From NCBI GenBank assembly GCA_944381595.1, contig CALWLV010000015.1, positions 1-51,728 of the forward strand: a stretch of DNA of 51,728 bases, given 5' to 3'. The stretch's first letter is position 1; every line of letters begins with the position of its first letter. A program made the position numbers and the translations under genes. Positions 18,562-27,592 of this stretch are shown here, one piece after another. Origin of the DNA: an uncultured Roseburia sp. (GTDB lineage: Bacteria; Bacillota; Clostridia; Lachnospirales; Lachnospiraceae). The notes beneath the pieces are model-generated. The model did not search any database. It had not been told where the DNA came from and saw only the letters and a list, made by a program, of their open reading frames with translations.

Positions 18562-19573
18562 ACTTTAACACTTCTTCCACATATTGGTTCATACCAAATC
18601 GGAAACAGACTTTTGTATACTCTTTTTCCTTTGATTCAATGGAAAGTTCATGCCCTAATTTATCACACATTTTTTTACACAAAAAAAGTCCCATTCCGGT
18701 AGAATGCTGCACTTTTCGCCCGTTTTCTCCGGTAAAAGTTTTCTCAAACACCCGATTGATATCGGAAACCGGAATGCCTATCCCGTGGTCCTCTACTGTC
18801 AGCAAAATCTTGTTTTCTTCCTTACTTGCAGTAAATTTCAAATATGGCTGTTCCTTTTTATATTTCACGCTGTTATTTACCACCTGCCCCAGCATAAATT
18901 CCAGCCATTTCGAATCTGTATGCACAAAACAATCCAATCCTTCCTTCTCAATCCGGAATCTGTTTTCAATCAGTATGTCTTTCTGTTCCAACAACACTTT
19001 ATTTACCACATCCTGCAGACAGGTCTTTTTCAATAGATAATCCTTGGAGGATGCATCTGTCCTGGAATAAAAGAGAATTTGCTCCACATAATGGTTCAAT
19101 TTCGCTAACTGTTTCTTTTCTTTATCAAAATCTATATTCCGATTATAGTTCATTAACATTAAGCTTGAAATCGGAATCTTGATTTCGTGAATCCACATTT
19201 CTATATATTCCTGAAATTCCCTCACAGAATTCTCCATCTGTGTAATCTGTTCTTTCATGGATTTATCTATCTCATATAATGCATTTTCAAAGATTTTTCC
19301 TTCCAGAAACCCTGGCTGTTCTAACATCTCCGTAATCAAAAATTTCTGATCCAGTAATTCCAGTTTTCTGAGCAAATCCCGATAAAACCGATTTTTTCTA
19401 TGATATTCCCAATACTCTGTGATAGCACCGCCCAATAACATAACAAATCCTGTCATAATCAAATATTCCGTATTTGCCTGAAATAAAATTCCCATTCCAA
19501 TGCAAAACAAGAAAACACCTGTAAAAACCAGATAACATGCCATCCTGTCTTTGACGAATTCTCTTACTGTCAT
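18560..19573 (-). CDS. BceS-type intramembrane-sensing histidine kinase
   Basis: Two N-terminal TMs with a tiny loop; WIHEIKIP H-box; NSVKY, DHGIGI and TGMGL boxes. Start at 19573 is ATGA-coupled. Confidence 0.9.
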   Translation of the reverse strand: MTVREFVKDRMACYLVFTGVFLFCIGMGILFQANTEYLIMTGFVMLLGGAITEYWEYHRKNRFYRDLLRKLELLDQKFLITEMLEQPGFLEGKIFENALYEIDKSMKEQITQMENSVREFQEYIEMWIHEIKIPISSLMLMNYNRNIDFDKEKKQLAKLNHYVEQILFYSRTDASSKDYLLKKTCLQDVVNKVLLEQKDILIENRFRIEKEGLDCFVHTDSKWLEFMLGQVVNNSVKYKKEQPYLKFTASKEENKILLTVEDHGIGIPVSDINRVFEKTFTGENGRKVQHSTGMGLFLCKKMCDKLGHELSIESKEKEYTKVCFRFGMNQYVEEVLK

Positions 19574-20235
19574 CCTATGATATACCCCTCTCCTCTTTTT
19601 GTTCTGATGATATCTTTCTGTCCGCACTCCTCTAGTTTTTTCCGAATCCGGGTGATGTTCACGGTTAATGTATTATCATCCACAAATTCTTCAGACTCCC
19701 AAAGGTCACTCATCAGTTCGTCTCTGGATACAATACTTCCCTGATGCTGTAAAAGATAGGACAAAATCTTTTTTTCATTCTTTGTCAGTTCCACTGTTTT
19801 TCCATTGGCTTCCAGGCAGCTGCGTCCCACATCCAGTTTTAATGCTCCATAAGTGAGGATATGCTCCTGTCTGTCCGACATTCTTCGGAATATGGCCTCA
19901 ATATGGAGCAGCAAAATCATGGGATTATATGGTTTTGCAATAAAATCGTCTGCTCCATAGGTCATACAAAGTACTTCATCCATCTCTGTATTCTTACTGG
20001 TAACCATAATGACCGGTACCAAAGATTTTTTTCGGAATTTCTTCAGCAGCTCTTGTCCATCCATGCCAGGCAGAGTAATATCCAAAAGAATCAAATCTGC
20101 ACCTGCATGCTCCATCTGTTCTTCTACATTGGTAAAATCCACCACTTCCATAGTTTCATATCCGTTTCTTTTAAGGAGACATGCCAGTTCTTCCCGTAAG
20201 TCGATATCATCTTCAATCAGTAGAATTTTCTTCAT
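19570..20235 (-). CDS. BceR/OmpR-family response regulator
   Basis: ILLIEDD, LLDITLP, KPY and winged helix TKRGEGY. Start MKKILL at 20235. Confidence 0.92.
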   Translation of the reverse strand: MKKILLIEDDIDLREELACLLKRNGYETMEVVDFTNVEEQMEHAGADLILLDITLPGMDGQELLKKFRKKSLVPVIMVTSKNTEMDEVLCMTYGADDFIAKPYNPMILLLHIEAIFRRMSDRQEHILTYGALKLDVGRSCLEANGKTVELTKNEKKILSYLLQHQGSIVSRDELMSDLWESEEFVDDNTLTVNITRIRKKLEECGQKDIIRTKRGEGYIIG

Positions 20236-20265
20236 TTCAATCACCTTTCTATCCCGTTTACAACG

Positions 20266-20297
20266 ATACCCCGGCAAGTTCTGTCTTGCCGGGGTAT
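20266..20297. terminator. 13-bp GC-rich hairpin (probable terminator or mRNA stabiliser)
   Basis: ATACCCCGGCAAG-TTCTGT-CTTGCCGGGGTAT. The U-tract is poor on the coding (minus) strand. Confidence 0.5.
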
Positions 20298-20327
20298 TTG
20301 TTTTTGAAACATCCTTCACAAAATGTT

Positions 20328-21632
20328 CTAACCAATCAATTCTTCCAATGCTTTCTTTACTTCTTCCGGATTAAAAGGTTTCATTAAAAATCTTTCCGCT
20401 CCCAGTTTCAATGCCTGAATGACCTTTGACTGCTGCCCTGCTGCAGTAATGATAATGGCCTTTGCTTTCTTATCACTTTGCATGATTTTGCTCAATGCCT
20501 CTAATCCATCCATGACCGGCATCGTAATATCCAATGTAATCACATCCGGGTGATATTTCTCATATGCTTCCACCCCTTCTGCACCATTGGATGCTTCTGC
20601 CACCACAACATAGCCCATGTTCTCCACGATATGGCTTAATATTTTACGAATCAGCACGGAATCATCCACAATCAATACAGTACCTTTTCCACTCTTAATC
20701 TCCACATTTCCTTCCTCCGGAACGGAAGTTCTCACAAAAGGTTCCTGACCTCCCTGAACAGAATTATCAACAGCAATGAAAATCTTTAATTCTTTCCCAT
20801 GGATATACAAAGGAATCACATATCCATCTCCATCAATCTCCTGATTCATGTAAATCAACGGCGGCTCCATATCTAAATCCACATTTCTCACACTTAAATC
20901 GGTTGCAAAAAGACCATTGCAAATATTCACAAACTCACTCACTGCATCATATGTATCAGGAGATTGTTCATCCATCGGGATTTTTACAAAGTCAGATGCA
21001 AGTGCCACCATTCCCTGATTATCCTGTTCCCCAATAAATCCAAGCACAATCTCATGGCCCCCTGCCAATTTCTGTGTTACCATGCTCTTATAGGAACATT
21101 CATTCACATGCTTTATTTTTCCAATATAAAAATCATCCGTAACAAAGCGAATCAGGTTTCTAATTACCAGGGATGCAAGCTCTGTCACATAAGGTTTTGA
21201 TGCATAGACAAATGCCGGTACAAAGTTTTCAATATCATTCTCTTGCAATGCGGACATCTCTCTATCAGAAAATCCCCAATATTTCTGAAATTCCACCAGT
21301 TTCTCATTACACAATTCCACAGAAATCTGTTTTTTCTCCGCAAGAATTTGCAAAAATTTCATATATTCACTGCCCTGCTCCGCAAGAAGTTCTTCCACTT
21401 CACTGACTGTCAGATAACCTTGTTCCACTGCAATATCCCCAAACCGTTTATCCATCTGAAATTGAAGATGATTAATCTCCTTTGCCTGTTCTTCTGACAG
21501 TTTTCCCCTGGCAACTGCAATCGTTCCCAGTTTCAGTTTCTCCTCAGATTGTTTTTGCACGATATCGGCTAATTCCTGCTCTGAGATAAAATTTTGCCCC
21601 ACTAAGTAATTCCCAAATAACTGACTAAACAT
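20328..21632 (-). CDS. MshEN-repeat / CheX-like phosphatase / CheY-like receiver fusion protein
   Basis: N-terminal (L/F)G..(L/A)V..G.(L/I)(S/T)...L..Q repeats; CheC/CheX motif DAVSEFVN; receiver motifs LIVDDS, TLDITMP, KPF. Confidence 0.75.
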   Translation of the reverse strand: MFSQLFGNYLVGQNFISEQELADIVQKQSEEKLKLGTIAVARGKLSEEQAKEINHLQFQMDKRFGDIAVEQGYLTVSEVEELLAEQGSEYMKFLQILAEKKQISVELCNEKLVEFQKYWGFSDREMSALQENDIENFVPAFVYASKPYVTELASLVIRNLIRFVTDDFYIGKIKHVNECSYKSMVTQKLAGGHEIVLGFIGEQDNQGMVALASDFVKIPMDEQSPDTYDAVSEFVNICNGLFATDLSVRNVDLDMEPPLIYMNQEIDGDGYVIPLYIHGKELKIFIAVDNSVQGGQEPFVRTSVPEEGNVEIKSGKGTVLIVDDSVLIRKILSHIVENMGYVVVAEASNGAEGVEAYEKYHPDVITLDITMPVMDGLEALSKIMQSDKKAKAIIITAAGQQSKVIQALKLGAERFLMKPFNPEEVKKALEELIG

Positions 21633-21732
21633 CTTTCTACCTCTCTACTTCTCCATCATTATTTCTGTCCATCCGTTTCTATTCTAACCCTTTTATCCAT
21701 AAAATACAAACATTATTTGAAATATTTTCCAA

Positions 21733-23331
21733 TCATTCTGTTCGCATCACCAAAAGATCGTCTTTTTGCAGTAATGTATCGCCATTCGGAATCAGAATAT
21801 CTCCGGCTCTTTGTATCATCACCACCAGCTTACCCGGTTTTAAATGAATCTCCGATACCGTCTTTCCAATCCACTCATGTCCTTTCTGAAGTTCCAGTTC
21901 TGTCAATTTTACATTGCTTACCAACTCCGGTGCTTTTGCACTGAGTACCAGCGTGTCCCCTGCTTCCAGAACGGTGTTTCCGTCAGGAGTAATAATTTGC
22001 TGGTCTTTCTGCAATTCTACCAGCAGTGTTTCTGGAGGAAGAGTAATGTCCCGAATCTGTTTTCCTTCCCACGGATGATTTTCTTTCACCTTGAACTGAA
22101 TGAAACGTACATCCACTTCCTCTGTATAATCCGTAAAGGTCTTTAATACATCATCATTTTCATCAATCATATCCAATGCCTTCGCTGCATGTGGCAGAAG
22201 CATTCCCTGAAATAGTATGGAGAACAAAACAATAAAGAACACCATGTGAAACATATCATATTCAAGATTTGGCGCCTGCGTCATGGTCATAATGGCAAAT
22301 ACAACCGATGCCGCACCTCTCAGTCCTGCCATGGATACCAGCAGCTGCTGTCTCAGAGGACAGCGAAACGGACTCATCAGAATACCTACTGTCACCGGCC
22401 TTGCCACGAATGTCAGGAAAACGGCTACTGCCAGTGCAGGAAGCACCACCTTCGGCAGTGCAGATGGGAACGAAAGTAATCCCAGAAGAAAAAAGAGTAT
22501 CATCTGCATCAATCCGGTAACTCCATCAAAGAAATTTACCAGCGATTTCTTATCATTTAATTCCATATTTCCAAGTATGATTCCAAATATATAAACACTC
22601 AAATATCCATTTCCCTGGATAATGGAAGGAATGGCATATGCTGACAGAACCATAGCCAAAACAAAAATTGTATCGAACCCCTCTGTGGTAAACTTGATTC
22701 TCTTTAGAGCCAATCCTGTGATTCCTGCCATGATAATTCCAATCAAAGCTCCATAGACAATCTGTGCAAAAACCTGATATGCAATATTCCAGCCATTGAT
22801 ACTGCCTCCGGAAATAAGGCCAAGCATAATGACCGTAAGCATATATGCACAGGGATCATTACTACCACTTTCTACCTCCAAAAGAGAGGCTGTATGATAT
22901 TTTAAACTCAATCGTTTGGAACGAAGAATAGAAAACACAGATGCTGCGTCTGTAGAACTAATTAACGAACCAATTAACAGACTTTCCAGCAAATTCATTC
23001 CCAGTACATAATAACAGAACAGTCCTGTCAGTCCCGCTGTCATAACTACCCCTACGGTAGAAAGCAGAAGTGCTTTCAATGCCACCGGTTTGGCTGCCTG
23101 CCATTTTGTTCCAAATCCACCATAAAACATAATAAAAATTAACGCAACGGAGCAAAGCTGTTCCGCAAGCTTGAAATTATCAAATGGGATTTTAATCACT
23201 CCGTCTGATCCAAAAAACATACCCAGTGCAAGAAATACTAATAACACCGGCACTCCCAGCTTATTTGATATTTTGTTACACACAACACATAGTATAACGA
23301 TAATAGAAAATAACAAGATATAGAAATTCAT
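21733..23331 (-). CDS. K+/H+ antiporter (CvrA/NhaP2 type) with two RCK_C domains
   Basis: SSTDAASVFS, ESGSNDP and GLRGAASVV motifs; two C-terminal TrkA_C repeats (PDGNTVLEAGD, PNGDTLLQKDD). Confidence 0.88.
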   Translation of the reverse strand: MNFYILLFSIIVILCVVCNKISNKLGVPVLLVFLALGMFFGSDGVIKIPFDNFKLAEQLCSVALIFIMFYGGFGTKWQAAKPVALKALLLSTVGVVMTAGLTGLFCYYVLGMNLLESLLIGSLISSTDAASVFSILRSKRLSLKYHTASLLEVESGSNDPCAYMLTVIMLGLISGGSINGWNIAYQVFAQIVYGALIGIIMAGITGLALKRIKFTTEGFDTIFVLAMVLSAYAIPSIIQGNGYLSVYIFGIILGNMELNDKKSLVNFFDGVTGLMQMILFFLLGLLSFPSALPKVVLPALAVAVFLTFVARPVTVGILMSPFRCPLRQQLLVSMAGLRGAASVVFAIMTMTQAPNLEYDMFHMVFFIVLFSILFQGMLLPHAAKALDMIDENDDVLKTFTDYTEEVDVRFIQFKVKENHPWEGKQIRDITLPPETLLVELQKDQQIITPDGNTVLEAGDTLVLSAKAPELVSNVKLTELELQKGHEWIGKTVSEIHLKPGKLVVMIQRAGDILIPNGDTLLQKDDLLVMRTE

Positions 23332-23405
23332 AGATCCCTTCCTTTCATTTGAAATAAAAAGTTGCCATCTTCTATTTTAACCGAATCTGAAAAAGTCAGC
23401 AAGAA

Positions 23406-23448
23406 AAAAACAGATATTTTTGAAAATTTTACAAAAATATCTGTTTTT
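23406..23448 (-). terminator. terminator of the pfl operon
   Basis: AAAAACAGATATTTTTG...CAAAAATATCTGTTTTT 17-bp inverted repeat just after the pflA stop. Confidence 0.75.
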
Positions 23449-23461
23449 CTCTTGTATTTTA

Positions 23462-24235
23462 CTATTTTTTTTCCAGATATCCTGTATACTCCGCAGTACC
23501 CAGGATTTCATTTGCTCTTGCAATTTCTTCTTTGGTTGGTGGATTTACATCCTTTAACTGGTAGTCTAATCCCAGTTCTTCCCACTTGAATACACCCAGC
23601 GTATGATATGGAAGAACTTCAAATCTCTTTACTGTCTTTAATGTTTTTACAAATTCTGCCAGTTTCTTTAAATCTTCTTCCGCATCCGTGACGCCTGGAA
23701 CCAAAACATGGCGAATCCACATATCTTTTCCATTGTCCGAGAGATATTTTGCCAGTTCCAGAATATTTTCATTCGTACATCCTGTCAGTTTCCGATGTTT
23801 CTCATCATCTATTTCCTTGATATCCAACAAAAATAAGTCCGTATATTTCATCAGTTTTTGAAATTTACTGATAAACGGCTCTTCCATGGTAAACGGACTT
23901 CCTGATGTATCCAGACAGGTATGAACATTCTTTTTCTTTGCGATTTCAAATAAATCTGCCACAAATTCCGGCTGAAGCAATGCCTCACCGCCACTGACTG
24001 TGATGCCTCCGGTATCTCTCCAATATGGTTTGTAATGGTATGCTTTATCAAATGCCTCCTGCGGGGTCATACGTTCGCCGCCGCCCTTTGCCCATGTATC
24101 CGGATTGTGACAATATTGACATCTCATATTACATCCTTTTAAGAAAAAGATATATCTCAATCCCGGCCCATCCACGGAACCAAAACTTTCCACGGAATGA
24201 ATGACACCCATCACTTCTTTTTTCTTTTCTTCCAT
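23462..24235 (-). CDS. pflA: pyruvate formate-lyase activating enzyme (radical SAM)
   Basis: ESFGSVDGPG and GCNMRCQYCHNPDTW (CxxxCxxC). Start at 24235 after AAGGAG. Confidence 0.95.
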   Translation of the reverse strand: MEEKKKEVMGVIHSVESFGSVDGPGLRYIFFLKGCNMRCQYCHNPDTWAKGGGERMTPQEAFDKAYHYKPYWRDTGGITVSGGEALLQPEFVADLFEIAKKKNVHTCLDTSGSPFTMEEPFISKFQKLMKYTDLFLLDIKEIDDEKHRKLTGCTNENILELAKYLSDNGKDMWIRHVLVPGVTDAEEDLKKLAEFVKTLKTVKRFEVLPYHTLGVFKWEELGLDYQLKDVNPPTKEEIARANEILGTAEYTGYLEKK

Positions 24236-24277
24236 CGCAATCTCCTTCCGGTACAACCTATTTACAAGGTTTAAAAA

Positions 24278-24316
24278 TGGCAGGCAAAATATCTTTGCAA
24301 ATACTCTGCCTGCCAG
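24278..24316. terminator. intergenic hairpin between pflB and pflA
   Basis: TGGCAGGCA...TGCCTGCCA arms. Confidence 0.55.
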
Positions 24317-24339
24317 TATTATGTGCTTATTGCATCAAA

Positions 24340-26592
24340 TTATCTGTGATCATGGAATGTTCTTGAAATTACATCCAACTGCTGTTCCTTAGTAAGGTCA
24401 ATGAACTTAACTGCATAACCTGATACACGAATAGTAAAGTTCGCATATTCTGGTTTTTCAGGATGTTCCATAGCATCGATTAATTTTTCTTTGCCAAATA
24501 CGTTTACGTTAAGGTGATGAGCACCCTGATCGAAGTATCCATCCATAACGTTTACAAGGTTTGTGATTCTTTCTGCTTCATCATGTCCTAATGCATCCGG
24601 ATTCATGGACTGAGTATTGGAGATACCATCCAGTGCCCATTCATATGGAAGCTTAGTAAGTGAATTCAGGGAAGCAACTAAACCATTCTGTTCTGCACCG
24701 TAGCTTGGGTTTGCACCTGGAGCAAGTGGAGTCCATGCCTTACGTCCATCAGGCATTGCACCTGTATACTTACCATATACTACATTAGATGTAATTGTAA
24801 GGATAGATGTTGTAGCTTCTGAATTTCTGTAAGTATGTCTTCTCTTAATCTTCTCAAGGAATGATCCTAAGAGCCATACTGCGATTTCATCTGCTCTGTC
24901 ATCGTCATTACCATATCTAGGGAAATCTCCCTCTGTTTCGTAATCTACTACGATACCAGCTTCGTTACGTACAGTCTTAACCTTAGCATACTTGATTGCA
25001 CTTAAGGAGTCTACTACATGTGAGAATCCTGCAATACCTGTAGCAAATGTACGTCTTACATCTGTATCAATCAGAGCCATCTCAGCTGCTTCATAGTAAT
25101 ATTTGTCATGCATATACTGAATCAGGTTCAGAACGTTTACATAAAGTCCTGCTAACCAATCCATCATAACATCAAATTTCTTAATTACTTCATCATAATC
25201 AAGGTATTCAGATGTAATAGCCTTAAAGTCAGGTCCTACCTGCTCTCCAGACTTTTCATCCACACCACCATTGATTGCGTAAAGGAGACATTTAGCGAGG
25301 TTTGCTCTGGCTCCAAAGAACTGCATTTCCTTACCTGTCTGAGTTGCAGATACGCAGCAGCAGATAGAATAATCATCGCCCCATACCGGCTTCATAACAT
25401 CATCGTTCTCATACTGGATAGAACTTGTGTTAATAGAAATCTTAGCAGCATACTTCTTGAAGTTTTCCGGTAATGCAGAAGAATATAATACTGTAAGGTT
25501 TGGTTCCGGTGAAGGTCCCATGTTCTCCAATGTGTGCAGGAATCTGAAGTCATTCTTTGTAACCATGTGACGTCCGTCAACACCGATACCACCAACTTCC
25601 AGAGTAGCCCATGTAGGGTCACCTGAGAATAATTCGTTGTAAGATGTAATTCTTGCGAACTTCACCATTCTGAACTTCATAACCATGTGGTCAATTAATT
25701 CCTGAGCTTCTTTCTCTGTTAATGTTCCGTTTTCTAAATCTCTCTGAATATAGATATCAAGGAATGTAGATACACGTCCTACGGACATAGCAGCACCATT
25801 CTGTGTCTTAACTGCTGCAAGGTATCCGAAGTATAACCACTGGCAAGCTTCTTTTGCATCCTTAGCAGGCTGTGAAATATCATATCCGTAGATTTCTGCC
25901 ATTTTCTTCATACCAGCTAATGCTCTGTACTGCTCTGTGATTTCTTCTCTCTGACGGATGATATCATCTGTCATAACGCCATCTCCACAGTTAGCAAAGT
26001 CTTTTGCTTTCTGTTCCATCAAATAATCAATACCGTAAAGAGCAACTCTTCTGTAATCGCCTACGATACGTCCACGACCATATGTGTCCGGAAGACCTGT
26101 GATGATATGGCTGTGACGAGCCTTTCTCATCTCTGGTGTGTAAGCATCAAATACACCCTGGTTATGTGTCTTATGATATTCTGTGAAAATCTTGTGCAGT
26201 TCAGGATCTGGTTCATATCCATAGTTTTTGCAAGATTCTTCTGCCATCTTGATACCACCATATGGCATAAATGCTCTCTTCAATGGCTTATCTGTCTGAA
26301 GACCAACTACCTTCTCTAAATCCTTCATGGATTCATCGATGTAGCCAGGACCATAAGCTGTCAGGCCGGAAACAACCTTTGTTTCCATATCAAGGACGCC
26401 GCCCTTAGCTCTTTCTTCTTTCTGTAATTCCTGAAGTCTTCCCCAGAGCTTATCTGTTGCCTCTGTAGGTCCTTCCAGGAATGATTCATCACCCTCGTAC
26501 TGTGTGTAGTTTTTCTGGATGAAATCTCTTACGTTGATTTCTTCTTTCCAAAGTCTTCCTTCAAAACCATTCCACTGTTCTCTCTGTAACAT
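24340..26592 (-). CDS. pflB: formate C-acetyltransferase (pyruvate formate-lyase)
   Basis: [17 protein letters not shown], catalytic SICCCVS and glycyl-radical motif TIRVSGYAV. Confidence 0.97.
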   Translation of the reverse strand: MLQREQWNGFEGRLWKEEINVRDFIQKNYTQYEGDESFLEGPTEATDKLWGRLQELQKEERAKGGVLDMETKVVSGLTAYGPGYIDESMKDLEKVVGLQTDKPLKRAFMPYGGIKMAEESCKNYGYEPDPELHKIFTEYHKTHNQGVFDAYTPEMRKARHSHIITGLPDTYGRGRIVGDYRRVALYGIDYLMEQKAKDFANCGDGVMTDDIIRQREEITEQYRALAGMKKMAEIYGYDISQPAKDAKEACQWLYFGYLAAVKTQNGAAMSVGRVSTFLDIYIQRDLENGTLTEKEAQELIDHMVMKFRMVKFARITSYNELFSGDPTWATLEVGGIGVDGRHMVTKNDFRFLHTLENMGPSPEPNLTVLYSSALPENFKKYAAKISINTSSIQYENDDVMKPVWGDDYSICCCVSATQTGKEMQFFGARANLAKCLLYAINGGVDEKSGEQVGPDFKAITSEYLDYDEVIKKFDVMMDWLAGLYVNVLNLIQYMHDKYYYEAAEMALIDTDVRRTFATGIAGFSHVVDSLSAIKYAKVKTVRNEAGIVVDYETEGDFPRYGNDDDRADEIAVWLLGSFLEKIKRRHTYRNSEATTSILTITSNVVYGKYTGAMPDGRKAWTPLAPGANPSYGAEQNGLVASLNSLTKLPYEWALDGISNTQSMNPDALGHDEAERITNLVNVMDGYFDQGAHHLNVNVFGKEKLIDAMEHPEKPEYANFTIRVSGYAVKFIDLTKEQQLDVISRTFHDHR

Positions 26593-26722
26593 TGTTTTTC
26601 CTCCTTACACTAAATAGTTTTTTAAAAATGCTTATTTTTATTGTACATTGTATACATCAATCGCTACAGTACAAAATATTTCCTTTTTGTACCTTCACGA
26701 CGTGCCTCTTGTTTACAATGTC

Positions 26723-26751
26723 ATAGTAACACCATCCGATAAGAAAATCAA
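26723..26751 (-). promoter_or_regulatory. sigma-A promoter of pflB
   Basis: TTGATT-17-TACTAT with extended TG. Confidence 0.6.
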
Positions 26752-26814
26752 GTCTTTTCGCTCAGGTACTAAAAGAAATACAATGTTAGGAACTTTTACT
26801 GTTTTATTCTTCTT

Positions 26815-27588
26815 TCACAGCAAATATCTGTCACAAAATTTCATACCATTTAAATGTTCCAACAATCCCTCCGAATAAATCCTGCCCTTTTCTATTACAA
26901 TTTTATTCCCTGCAAACACATAGTTCTCTTCCAGTGTCTGTGGCAGAATTGCCAGATCTGCAGCGGCTAACATGGGTACATCAAATGGACTGTCACCGGC
27001 TGCTATGACATATTCCGGATGGATCCGTTTTTTTAAACGCAGTACAGCTGTTCCCTTGTCTAAATGTTTCGGAACCACATATACTTTTATTCCGGTTGTC
27101 ATCACATCCACCAGATTTGTATCCAGAGTCTCTCTCAGATATGCACAGGTAAGTTCCGGTTTCTCACTTTTGGTAAAGACAAACAGTTCTTCAATCCATC
27201 TTATATCCAGACACCGGTTCTCATCTGCCTCGAGAAGTTCGATTGCTTTAATCATTTCACTTCTGCCATCCAATACCACTTCTTTCGACTCCCGGTACCA
27301 TGCATCATCCCGCTTTCCATCCACCAGCAATACACCGCCATTGCAGGTCAGTGCATAGTGTGGTACTCCCGTGGGAAAGTGAATCCGCTCATACTGTTCC
27401 ACCATCCTTGTGGTAGTAGGGACAAATTCTACCTGTTTCACAATTTGCTCTAACAATCGCATTGTTTTATCTGTCATAAAAGAGACTTCCCGGCCCTGGT
27501 AAATCTCTACACATTTTTTCGCAGGGCCGATATCTCTTTTATAGGAATAAATCAGGGTATTATCCAAATCTGAATGAAATACAACCAT
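26815..27588 (-). CDS. HAD-superfamily (Cof-like) phosphatase, Ter-associated
   Basis: SDLDNTL motif I, PTTTR, K of DKG, AGDSPFD motif IV. Confidence 0.85.
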   Translation of the reverse strand: MVVFHSDLDNTLIYSYKRDIGPAKKCVEIYQGREVSFMTDKTMRLLEQIVKQVEFVPTTTRMVEQYERIHFPTGVPHYALTCNGGVLLVDGKRDDAWYRESKEVVLDGRSEMIKAIELLEADENRCLDIRWIEELFVFTKSEKPELTCAYLRETLDTNLVDVMTTGIKVYVVPKHLDKGTAVLRLKKRIHPEYVIAAGDSPFDVPMLAAADLAILPQTLEENYVFAGNKIVIEKGRIYSEGLLEHLNGMKFCDRYLL

Positions 27589-27592
27589 AATG

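Noticed and set aside
23332-23400. c-di-AMP (ydaO) riboswitch before the K+/H+ antiporter or trk genes
   Set aside because: The intergenic space is too short and no ydaO consensus is visible.
26593-26722. ZTP (pfl) riboswitch or Rex box upstream of pflB
   Set aside because: The GACTGGCG and CCGCCTGGGC elements are absent, and there is no clean TTGTNAA-N4-TTNACAA site.
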